Source: Strigamia acuminata (lineage: Eukaryota). From it: a stretch of 64,000 nt of DNA. The notes under the pieces are model-generated. The model saw nothing but the letters and a program-made list of their open reading frames with translations, had not been told where the DNA came from and did not search any database. The DNA is taken from NCBI GenBank assembly GCA_949358305.1, contig OX442314.1:12772001-12836000 (forward strand), given 5' to 3'. Of the stretch, positions 37,701-48,241 are shown piece after piece (the stretch's first letter is position 1; every line of letters starts with the position of its first letter). A program made the translations under genes and the position numbers.

Positions 37701-39199
37701 AAAATTTCTTTTTAATGAGTCCAGTTTTCAACTAAAAATTTAGATAAGATATTTCTTCATACCATAGTTTGGTCGTAAACTGTTGACGACAACCCAGAGG
37801 GTGCGGGTCGGAACGGCAGCCTGATCAAGGTTCCATCGTACTGCCATTGTTTAATAAACCCAGCTCCATTCATCGTCTTTGCAGCAGTTTCAATTGGAAC
37901 GAATTGATCCCGACTTCTCTGCATTTCAATTCGATGTTCCTGTTTGTTTAATTTCCACTGAAATCCACTTCTACGCTTCACAGTCTGTCGAATTGTCCCA
38001 TTAAACAACGACTCGGTCGGTTCCATAACTACCAATTTATTGCCACTTAATACCCAAGGTATGTCTGAAATTTGAAAATTCCATCAACCATTTTTTAAAA
38101 AAAAATCAAAATTAATATTTTATTTCTCTTTTTTAACCTGTGAGATGATAAACAGAGTTGAAACCGATTCCAAATTTTCCAACTTTCAGCACACTATTTG
38201 CTTTGTGTGACTGCTGCGGTTTTCTGATTCCTTTAGCAAAAAAAAAAATTAAAAATTAAAATAACAACAGAGCGAACATTCAAAACGTGTTTAAATTTCA
38301 CGCAACGCTTTTTATACCTTTCCAATCGCATTTTTCGAATCGTGCATTGTTGTAGGCACACAACGCTGGACCTTGGCAACATGCTAGGTTTTGGTGAAAA
38401 AGACAGTTTCGTCCATAACTATTGGTATCGTGCAGAAACTTAACGACAGTCGCACCAGCATCTTCTGCATTCTGCAGTAACTCCTGTTTACGATCATTAA
38501 AAAGATCAATTTGCATAAAATTGCTCCCAAAGTGAGATATTACCACAGATTATAATCTGTGATATTTATTTATTGGTTTATTTAGGCCTATATTAGTCAA
38601 AGTGATATTTTTTTCTTACCTTTAATTGGCAGCCATCTGGGTATTTTTTCAAGATTCCTTTAATGAAAACCGATAAAGGCGGGACCGTAAGGTCAAAGTC
38701 TGCAATATGTTAAAAAAAAAACGATTAAAATTTGGTAAATAAATTAAACTTGCTTCTCGGTTTGAATTTTTGTACTAAAATTTGAATCTCGCGCCGTGGC
38801 AACAGTTATGTTGTTACCATGGTTACGCTGTGTTAACTTATATTATTTTTATTTTTTAAATAATAATTTTTTGTTATTGTTCAGAAATACTAATCGCATT
38901 CCTCGTGAAACATGACTCATTATTGATTATAATGGAGGAAACAAAATTGATAAAATGCGTGCTAAAGTATTAAAACCGAAACCGAAACTAATGTCTGAGC
39001 TATTTCCCGAGCTAGTGAAATTTTTTTTTTAAATTTAAAATTTAAATTATCGTTTGAGAAAAAAACTTGAAATTTTGTCTGATTCTATGTGCGAAATTTA
39101 ACAATTTGGGTAATTCAATTAAAATGTCATTACACCAGAAAGTTACATATTTTTTTTTCTGATTTATGTTTTACCGTCGTCGGAATCCGTATCCCCCAT
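22718..39199 (-). CDS. SACS: Sacsin-like protein, ~19 exons, ~4,300-4,400 aa (3 HATPase-like sacsin repeats, DnaJ, HEPN)
   Basis: MGDTDSDD/DFDLTVPPLSVFIKGILKKYPDGCQLK/ELLQNAEDAGA; ELIQNADDAKA...GSFGVGFN; EMIQNADDAGA...GKFGIGFN; LYMLWHPD (J domain); WCQQAKFDL...EWVFYKCYQ (HEPN). GT-AG phases are compatible when traced by hand. Major exons ~35466-32302, 32130-30801, 29793-25307 and 25232-23709. Orthology to SACS is not tested. Confidence 0.88.
29753..30485. mobile_element. MITE with TA duplication inserted in a sacsin coding exon
   Basis: TIR GGCGCATTCGAAAAGT...ACTTTTCGAATGCGCC flanked by TA; internal ~37-bp tandem hairpin units at 30060-30230. Confidence 0.85.
37164..37631. mobile_element. 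Related TA-flanked MITE in a sacsin intron
   Basis: TIR GGTGCATTCAACTCTAAA...TTTAGAATTGAATGCACC flanked by TA; internal GGCCGCATT...AATGCGGCC tandem units. Confidence 0.82.
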
Positions 39200-39605
39200 G
39201 TCTTGAAAATATTTTTCTTCTTTTTCTGATCCGGTATTTTTTGCCAAAATATACTAAATCACAAAGTTTCACTTGTCTATTGATCACTATAACAGGAGGG
39301 CTGCATGTCCCCTCGTAATAATATGATCTGACCGATTGTTCCCACAGCTCAAGGTTTTTCGTTGGGTTGAAAAGGGGAATCCCGGCAACTTGAGCCAATG
39401 CTATCTGATTCCAGTTCAGTTGTGACTTTGAACATACATTTAAATCGGTCAATGGCGTGGTTATGACGTAATATGTGTTTACATGTACCACAGAAAACGT
39501 AAGCTGGTTGCTCTGGGTTGCATATCTTTTTTTATGCGACCGGGTAAATAATGATGTCATTGAATCTCAGTGGATTTTTATGCCGCCCAGTAGATAAACT
39601 GAAAA

Positions 39606-39936
39606 GGGGCCGTCCATAAATTACGTAACGCTCCAAGGGGGGAGAGGGGATTTCAGATTTTGTTACGGGTCATTAGTAAGGGAGAGGGGGGGTTCTAAAT
39701 AATGTTATGGTCCATGAAAAAATTTTTTTAATGTTTTAAAAGTGAAAATTTAAGTTTTGAGACTGATTTTTGAAAAGAAAATTATTTTTTTTTTTTTTGG
39801 GGGGGGGGGGGTGATTTCAGTTTTATTACATAATTAGGGGGCTGGGGGTTTGGGAATTTGTTACGGCCTTGTTACAGAGGGGGGGAGGGGGTCTAAAATG
39901 CCCAAAATTGGCGTAACGTAATTTATGGACGGCCCC
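39606..39936. mobile_element. PIF/Harbinger-type (3-bp TSD) MITE
   Basis: TIR GGGGCCGTCCATAAATTACGT(A/T)ACGC; TSD AAA, consistent with the spacing of paralogous empty sites at ~22195 and ~18360. Confidence 0.85.
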
Positions 39937-40609
39937 AAAGAGCTAAACTGAAGTTTTTTTTGTTCACGACTGTTCATTGTGCACAGAAAATACCATGTTT
40001 CTCATCAAACCGTTTTTACCACCAAATAAAAAAATAACATTTCTTTTACTTTTCCATTTTTTAATTGAGAGAAGTCTCGTCTTTACGTGTTAAGTCGATA
40101 ATTTTTATTTATTTTGTTGTATTTTTATATTTATATATATATTTTTTACGAATTAATTCAAGATTTTAAATTTAATTTTTTTTTTATTTTTTTTAAATTG
40201 TTTCGGATTTTTAAAAAAGCTTTTGGAATTTTTTGATTTTTTTGAAATTTTTTTTAATTTTTCCGAACGTTTTTGAATTAATTTAGATTAATTTTTTTGT
40301 TCCTCGCATTGCAAAACACATTTTTTTTCATCAATCACTAAATAATTGTTCATTACATTTGAAAAAAATAAAAGACCGTTTTATTCAAAAACAACTGCTT
40401 TTATTTGCCATTTACACATATTTTCAAACACTAAGGTGTGATGCTACTCCACAATGGGGTAAATATGGGGTAAATATTCCCGACCTGATCACTCCGTATT
40501 TCAATACGACGTTTTCTAAACTCATCGATTTTGTCAATTTTCTGTCAAAAAAATTGAAAAATAAAAAAAATTAAAAATTAAGTAGAAGTGCGTTGTATTG
40601 GGTCCTTAC

Positions 40610-40792
40610 CTGGTTCAATTCAGCTCTTTTATTTTGCACGGTTTCAATAGAGTTGGGAGATAAACTAACTCGATAGTCAGCTGCTACATTTACTTGAGAA
40701 TTTCTATTCCAAACTTGTATGGTTTCAAGATGCGATAAAAATAAAAGGATTGCTTTGATTTCACTAGAGAATTTTTCAAACAATTTCTCAAC
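40610..40792 (-). pseudogene. Orphan diverged copy of one sacsin exon (counterpart 36909-37076)
   Basis: cag|VEKLFEKFSSEIKAILLFLSHLETIQVWNR...KRAELNQ|gtaagg; ~65 bp of upstream intron is also similar. Confidence 0.8.
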
Positions 40793-41127
40793 CTGTAATA
40801 AAACGAAATTTAGAATTTTTACACGGGTATCCCAAAGAAGACAACGAATTCTTGAAAAATCCATGCAAGGAATTTAAGATAAGGAATGTGTGTGGTTAAT
40901 CCACACACTACATTCCAACACACTAAATTGTCTTATTTTATCACTTCATTTTTGCATTTGGCATTTAAATCAGATGTAATTTATCTTATTTGCTCAAAAT
41001 AACCAGCATTTTGTTTTCTGATTAATAAATCACATTTTCATAAAAACACAAATGTTTACTTTTAATTATGCATAATTTTTATTTCTTTATTTTACACTGT
41101 TTCTTTTTTAAGGTATATTTTGGTTGA

Positions 41128-42456
41128 TCACCCCTGTTCATAATGTATATCCAAATCCAAATTCCTACTTTTGACAAAACTAATAATTTTCTCATAACCT
41201 GAAGCGCCAATATTATTACAACGTACGATGTGTAACACATTCATTGGACTTGGCACTTCCAACAATTTTATGATCGACGTGGAACTAATAAAGTGGCAAT
41301 TATAGAATTGTAAAGTTTTCAGACTGAGTAATGCATTTAAGTCAACAAGTTCCAAAATTAAATTGTCTGAAATTATTTCACTCCCAAGAAGTGTCAACTC
41401 TTCTAATCTTTTACATTGTACCAATAACGTTTTTAATTGTTGTTCGGTAATTAAGTTTTGATCGACTAAAAACAGTTGACGTAGGTTTTTCGGTGGAGAA
41501 TTATTAACATCATCGGTTTCATTCACAATTGTACATCTATGTAATATTAATACCCGTAACATTGGCCAAGCACGATCAATAAGTCGAATATTGACCAGTC
41601 TAGCTGAAAACAGATCGAGTCTCGTCAATCGTTGGGGCCATATTGAAATAGCATTAGAATTCAGAAGAGTTATGCTGTCATCATTCAAATATAAGTTTCT
41701 TAAATTTGGAAACATGGTCCTTAGGATGGGAATATGTTCGTTATTCATCCATGAAATTATTTCAATGGAATAAGTGCGCACTGTTTCGTTTCCATTCGGT
41801 AGTTTTACCAACTCGGTGAATATTTCGCGCCAATGGTCATGTACAAATACTTTTAAAAGTGGCAGCTGGTTGAGAAGGAACAAACACGCCTCGACTGTGG
41901 CACGAGTTGATCGAACATTTAAATATTCCAGTTTCGTACAAGCACTTAATGAGCGAAATCCAATGTCAGTAATGTTGGAGCAAAACTCAATGTCGAGATG
42001 TTTCATGAGTGGACAATTCCGTCCGATCGCAGCAACAACTTCATCCGTGCATTGTAATTTCAACCAAGAAAGGCCTAAACGTTCGAGTTTAGGTGACCTT
42101 TGCACCAGCTTGATGCAGTTATTGGATGTTATTTTTTGATCGAAATAGATGAATTCCCCCAATGTTATATTCACAAGGTTCGTACAAACTTGCGCTATTT
42201 TATCGATTAGAAGAGTCATGGGCAGATCAAACTGATCCAAATAGCGTAGTGATAGGGCGCCGGAATGAATAAAAATGGTTGAAGACAACAAACGATTTGT
42301 ACGCTTATATTGCACGCACAGTCTTTGAAATATGCTATTAATAAGCATGGAAGGCTTATCTACCAGTTGACCTTGCATCTCTAGCTCTTCAAATCGAGTT
42401 GTCGCCACGTTTAAACACAATTCTTGTAGACTCTGGGTTGATTTTCTGCGTGGCAT
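41128..42456 (-). CDS. Divergent intronless BC-box LRR protein, 442 aa
   Basis: MPRRKSTQSLQELCLNVA (BC-box), KPSMLINSI (Cul2-box-like), FBXL-type LRRs (CPLMKHLDIEFCSNITDIG) and the family C-terminus FVKSRNLDL. Confidence 0.85.
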   Translation of the reverse strand: MPRRKSTQSLQELCLNVATTRFEELEMQGQLVDKPSMLINSIFQRLCVQYKRTNRLLSSTIFIHSGALSLRYLDQFDLPMTLLIDKIAQVCTNLVNITLGEFIYFDQKITSNNCIKLVQRSPKLERLGLSWLKLQCTDEVVAAIGRNCPLMKHLDIEFCSNITDIGFRSLSACTKLEYLNVRSTRATVEACLFLLNQLPLLKVFVHDHWREIFTELVKLPNGNETVRTYSIEIISWMNNEHIPILRTMFPNLRNLYLNDDSITLLNSNAISIWPQRLTRLDLFSARLVNIRLIDRAWPMLRVLILHRCTIVNETDDVNNSPPKNLRQLFLVDQNLITEQQLKTLLVQCKRLEELTLLGSEIISDNLILELVDLNALLSLKTLQFYNCHFISSTSIIKLLEVPSPMNVLHIVRCNNIGASGYEKIISFVKSRNLDLDIHYEQG

Positions 42457-42980
42457 GTCGACACGAATGATAAAAGTCTCGAACAATTTCTTTACACAGG
42501 TGAACCGTACGGCATGTGAACGACACTTGCAAGGCTACTTGAACGTTTACTTGAACGTTTACGTAGCTGGACAAAACGTGTATCCGTGCACCGTGTGCAA
42601 AGATGAAAAGGGGGTCCTTGAACCAATCAAACACTTGACCAGATGACCACATGTATGGATGAGTTTACTAGTTGCTATAAAAAGAAGTTCCATAGATTAT
42701 TTCACCGTACTTTTGCAAAAATACGGTATTCTTGGTGTCTAGGCCGCGACTACAATTCGAGGGCGACTCTTATTCATCAAATTATGAAAACGCGAATAGT
42801 GATGTCACAAATCTAATTATTATTTTAAACAAGGTTTTCTAGATGATGGATCAATGTTGTGATGTTGTGACGTGATCGACGTTGGAGTGTCGACTAGTCA
42901 GTGGACATTCCGGTTGATCAGTTCACCAAAAACAAGTAAATAAAACAAACTATGTTATTTTTTTAAAAAAATGCTTTTAT

Positions 42981-43718
42981 CGAGGGGGGCGACATTCGAC
43001 CGAATCTCTGACAATGGCTTCCGAATCCCGCCCGAATCTTTCCGAATCCCACCCGAATCTTTCCGAATCCCACCCGAATCTTTCCGAATCCCACCGAATC
43101 TTCGAATCTCGAATCTTTAAGTTGTATACAAATCGAGAAAAATAAAAACAAAATTTATGATTAAAAAATGTAATAATATTTTTACAAGAAACTTCCTTGA
43201 AATTGTCCTTGAAATTGTCCGTAAAATCATCAGTAAAATCATCATCGGAAGAAATTATACCTGCGCACCTCGCTGCGCGGTATCTGCGCATGCGCATTTA
43301 TGATTTAGCGCGAACTTCAAATTAATCCCGGAATCGAGCCCGGAATTCATCATTGTTCGCAATTGTGATTGCATTTGATTGCGTGTTATTTTACCTCGTA
43401 TTTTACCACATTTCACTAGAGTTAAAATTAAAATTAAAAAAATTTCCACTTCACTAAATTTATTTGAAAAAAATCATATGAATCTTTCTGAATCCCATCC
43501 GAATCCCACCGAATCCCGCCGAATCCCACCAAATCCCATCCGAATCTCCCCGAATCTCATTCGAATCCCCCCGAATCCCCCGAATCTATCCGAATCCCCC
43601 CGAATCCCAGCCGAATCCCCCGAATCTTTCCGAATCTTTCCGAATCCCATCCGAATCTTTCGAATCCCAAAGAAGATTCGAATCTCTGACAAGCAGATTC
43701 TGATTGTCGCACCCCTCG
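42981..43718. mobile_element. Non-autonomous DNA transposon with 8-bp TSD (hAT/P-like) and CCGAATC repeat arrays
   Basis: TIR CGAGGGG(G/T)GCGACA(T/A)TC; TSD GCTTTTAT (42973-42980, 43719-43726). Confidence 0.85.
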
Positions 43719-44039
43719 GCTTTTATGCTGTATCCCTGCTGGCTTCACTGCAATGCACATTTTCAAATTTCCCACTGAATTTGCCATGCGGTCGCCGGCT
43801 TCGATCGCCCGAAACGGAACTTTTGCTAGATCAAACCAAAATAAAAAATAACAGGCTTGTGCAGAATGCAATTTCCAATCGAATAAGCCTGGTTTCAGAA
43901 TTTTTCGACCTCTTTTTAATACTGAAAACATGAAAAAACGTATCGGGCCGAACATTTTGGCCTCTATTATGTACGGGATCCGCCAGGTGGCGTTCCTGTT
44001 AGCGTAACTTTCTCCCAAAATTATTAATTATGGACCAAC

Positions 44040-44460
44040 ATTTAACTGGCCAAAGATCCAAGTTCTGACTTTGAACATAGCTTAATTTGTAATTAGATCA
44101 CAAGCTGGTTTGTCGATATTTTGGCACTCGGTAATGCTCATCTCATTTACTTGTTAGTGTACTTTTCAGTTCTAGCAATTTTAAAACTGTTGCAAAACTA
44201 ATCCCGTGACACTCGCCAATGCAAAACGCTTTTAGATTTTGCAATAAATTTAATTCGATGAGCTTTGGTGATCAAGCTGTCGGGAAAAGATTGACAACCA
44301 AACACGCGTAGGTTGTGTAAATTAATGGAATTGACCAATAACATTTGCAAATGTTGTTCGTTTAGTGGATTATTCAATGGTTCATCAATGTCCAGTTTCC
44401 ATAGATCTCTGAATAGAAGCTGATCGTTCACGTTTATTAAATCATTACAATATTTCAATT
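44040..44460 (-). pseudogene. C-terminal LRR paralogue fragment
   Basis: EQHLQMLLVNSINL...GCQSFPDSLIT...YVQSQNLDL with frameshifts. Confidence 0.75.
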
Positions 44461-45592
44461 CAATTTCTGTCCATGTTCTTCATCAATGGTCTCAATGGCG
44501 GCCGTTATTATTTGCTTAAGGTCATACTTTGGTACGATACACAATATCCTTCGTATAACCGCACAAGAAGAAGTCCAAGGGTTTTATGGCTGTAGAACGA
44601 ACAAGCCACCTCAGATTCTTATGGAGAACTTTATGAGTTTACGAAGCAGCCATTTTTGTATACTTTTCATTTTTAAATTAATTTATTGTATTAATTGATC
44701 TCAAAATAAGAAACATAACAAAAATAAAAAGTTTAATAATAGCTTATTAATATGCAAAAAAAATTTTGTTCCCACCTATAAATGTTAACTTGTAAAAAAA
44801 ATTAAAATTGTCTAAAGACTTTGTGAACACCCTGAATTTAAAAAAAATAAAAACATCAGTCAAAAATAATAACTTTTGGATGGCAAAAAGACAACCCAGG
44901 TGCGGAAAAAGGTAATTACATTTGTCATTTAAAGCTAAAGAACTAACATAAAGAAATAACCTGATAGAATAACTGGAAGAAAAAAACACAAGTTTTGTTT
45001 ATGCTTTTTATTTGGACGTGTGAAATATGGCTGTCAATAAGCCACCATATTTTGGCGATTGAGCTCGTAAGAGAATTTGGTATTATGCTAACCTTTCATC
45101 TGTAGCGCCAATAGAGCTTGGCAATAAAGTATTATATTTATATACTTGTAAATAAATACATAAAAAAATAAAAATAAATACATAAATATGTAATGTAATG
45201 GACAATACTCGTTAAAACAAATGTTTAAATATTCCACTTTTACGCTCCTCGTAATCACCTGGGCTAAAATAAAATGAACTTATTTACATCGTCTGCTACT
45301 TGAATTACTATTTCGTTCTAACCTCAAATATTTTTATGTCTTTATTGCTTAAATAATCTTAAAGTAAATGAATAGTTTTTTTCCCAATCAAACAATCAAT
45401 CAAACAAAGTTTATTTGGCGCACAGTAAATATTTGGAATTTTGACCAACTACGGAAACTTTCGATCACTCCAATCAAATGTTTTAAATTTATTACGGTAC
45501 ATTACAACGTTTGCTAAACGTTACCAATTGTCACGTATATAATTTGCCTTCATTTAAACTACGGTTCACTGATCTGTAACCATTCGCACGAC

Positions 45593-46933
45593 ATGCCGTT
45601 TAAAAAATCAGCATCGAGTTTGGAAGAATTGTGTTTGAAATCAATCTTAGCACATTACCACGAGATACGCCATCATCTTATTCATTTTCCTCCCGTATTG
45701 GTTAACAATATATACCAACACTTTGTTGAAAGTACGGTAGAAAGAATCGGAGCGTTTGGTTCAATTCATAAAGGAAAACAGTATCGTTTGCATTCGGATG
45801 ATTTTATTCGTCCAGGCACAAGATCGTTATGCCGTTTGTACTGGTTTTACGATCTGCCTGCGGAAAAACTTGTAGATAAAATAACCCGCGTTTGTAAGAA
45901 CCTGACAGACCTAGATTTGTCACGCTTGAAAGTTCCTTTGGAATGTATAATTACATTGGTACAACATTTACCCAGCATTCGACGTCTTAACATGGGTTTA
46001 ATCACTGGGTTCACAGATTTGATTTCAGCCAAGATGTTTACGAGAAACGTGGAAATTGAATATTTAGACATTCGCTTTTCCGAAGTTACAGTAAATGGAT
46101 GTTTACAACTCGTAAGAAATCTGCCACTTCTAAAAGAATTAAATGTTGGTCACCGGATGTGGAGAGAATTATTTCAACTCCTAAAACAAGATTTTTATCG
46201 CAGCAAAATGTTAAATACATATTCTCTCGAAAGTTTAACTTTCTATGAGTGGACAGATGACGATGTCATCAGCGTAGTTCCACAAATGTTTCCTAATTTA
46301 CGAAAGATTACCTTTTGGCCAACAAATAATATCCACATGAACTATTTAAATGTTGCATCAATACTATGCAAAACAATGGGAAGAATAACTACGCTACGAT
46401 TGGACAAAATAATTCTGATCAATATTCGGCAAATTGGCTTTTACTGCCCAATGTTGGAACGTTTAGAATTGAATAGTTCCATCAGCGCTGAAACAACTAA
46501 TTATGTAAATTTACAACACGTCAACAATCATCAGCCATTTAGAAATCTACGTATACTACAAATTCATGAGCAACGGATGGATCCTCAACAAGATGTTCTA
46601 ACCAAACAACATTTGCAAATGTTGTTCGTAAACTCCGTCAATTTAAAGAGCCTAAGTGTTAGTAGATGTCAACCTTTTTCGGATAGCTTCATTACAGAGC
46701 TCATCGATTTAAATTTACTGCAAAATCTGATGGATATTTTCATTACCGAGTGTCACTCGATTAGTTCTCCAATAGTTTTAAAATTGCTTGCTGCGAAAAA
46801 TTCGCTCAATGTTTTCGATATCGTTCATTGCCAAAATATCGGCAAACGAGCGCGTGACATAATTACACATTTTGTTCAAAGTCAGAATTTGGATGTCAAA
46901 CTTAATTTGTTAGTGCAGTCACCAGAATTCTAG
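45593..46933 (+). CDS. Intronless BC-box/Cul2-box LRR protein, 446 aa
   Basis: MPFKKSASSLEELCLKSI...FPPVLVNNI; intact; close paralogue of 1341-2657. Confidence 0.88.
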   Translation: MPFKKSASSLEELCLKSILAHYHEIRHHLIHFPPVLVNNIYQHFVESTVERIGAFGSIHKGKQYRLHSDDFIRPGTRSLCRLYWFYDLPAEKLVDKITRVCKNLTDLDLSRLKVPLECIITLVQHLPSIRRLNMGLITGFTDLISAKMFTRNVEIEYLDIRFSEVTVNGCLQLVRNLPLLKELNVGHRMWRELFQLLKQDFYRSKMLNTYSLESLTFYEWTDDDVISVVPQMFPNLRKITFWPTNNIHMNYLNVASILCKTMGRITTLRLDKIILINIRQIGFYCPMLERLELNSSISAETTNYVNLQHVNNHQPFRNLRILQIHEQRMDPQQDVLTKQHLQMLFVNSVNLKSLSVSRCQPFSDSFITELIDLNLLQNLMDIFITECHSISSPIVLKLLAAKNSLNVFDIVHCQNIGKRARDIITHFVQSQNLDVKLNLLVQSPEF

Positions 46934-47568
46934 ACATTTCGAAAAATTTATTAAAATTAAAATTACTTTTTGTCTTAAAATAACAAGAATAAAAACTTTA
47001 ATAATATAGCTTATTAAAAAAAAAATTATTTGCTCTCACCTAATGTAAACTTGTAAAAAAAAATTAAAATTGTCTAAAGACTTTGAGAACATTTTAACTA
47101 TCACAATATTGAATTAATTTTTAAAAAAAATAAAAACATCAGTCAAAAAAAATTATTTTTGAATGTCAAAATGACAACCCAGGTGCAGAAAAAGGTCATT
47201 ACTAATTAGACTTGTCATTTAACGCTAAAGAACTAAGCTAAAGAAATAACCTGATAGAACACAGAAGTTTTGTTTTTGCTTTTTTTGGGACGTGTGAAAT
47301 GTGGCTGTCACAGTCACAGTTACGCAACTCGTCTCGTTCGACTTGTGCACATTGGACAGTGACACATTGGACGGTGACACATTGGAGGATTTAGGAGGGC
47401 CGAGTGCAGCATAAACGTGTCCGAAATCATCTTTGTAATGTCAAGTTAAAGGTTGCAAAACTCATCACATTTAAAGAGGGGGAATAGAGCAACACATTCC
47501 TTCATTGCCATTTGTTTCTGCCTCCAGTTCGGTTCGCAAACGCGACACAAATAAAATAAAATAAAAAT

Positions 47569-47793
47569 GCTGTCGGTTTCGCTCAAGATGCTCAGTTTAT
47601 CCACGTCGGGGTTGTCGGAATTTGATTCGCTGCTCGTGTTGCTCGCCAAACTTTCTTCGGAGGTCGGCTGGATCTGCGCCGCCGGTTGTTGAATGTGAAC
47701 GGCGCAGTTTAAACAGAGGGAATGGTAACATGGCAGCATTACTGGATTGTTGTAAAGTTGTTTACATACGGGACATTTCAATTCGTCCTCCAT
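47569..47793 (-). pseudogene. TRIM9: TRIM9/TRIM67-like N-terminal RING fragment, truncated
   Basis: MEDELKCPVCKQLYNNPVMLPCYHSLCLNC...DKLSILSETDS matches the TRIM9 start. Similarity ends without a GT donor, and no B-box, FN3 or SPRY exons are seen downstream. Confidence 0.7.
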
Positions 47794-48241
47794 ATTCGGA
47801 GTAAATAGAGGAAAAACACGCGAGTCTGTGTTTTTCAAAATAAAATTTTTACCAAACATTGATATCTTATTACCGTAATCGCAACATCGAAAATATTTTT
47901 AATTTAAATATGCCACGTACCTAATTCGAGCAATCACGAAGTTTTTCGTTTTACATCTCAGTCGCACTCTCGTGATAGGATCACGCAACAGGACTTTGAG
48001 AATTTTAGTGATTTATAAGCGCTTAATTCAAAATACAGTAAACAACTAAATGATAATATGATTTAAAACAATTTTATTTGGATTGTATCTAACAAAGCGG
48101 GTGGGATTTCTCATCAAGCAGCAAACGGAGAAATATAGAAATGTTCCTTTAGCATTTCCGTAGTTTTTATCAGGTAGATAGCAAACTAGAAAAAGATACA
48201 AGGATTTAGTAAAATATTTCACTCACAGGAATAGTTTTACA

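Noticed and set aside
42963..44018. ORFs with WDSERFG / SESPRIP repeats
   Set aside because: Translations of the CCGAATC arrays of the transposon.
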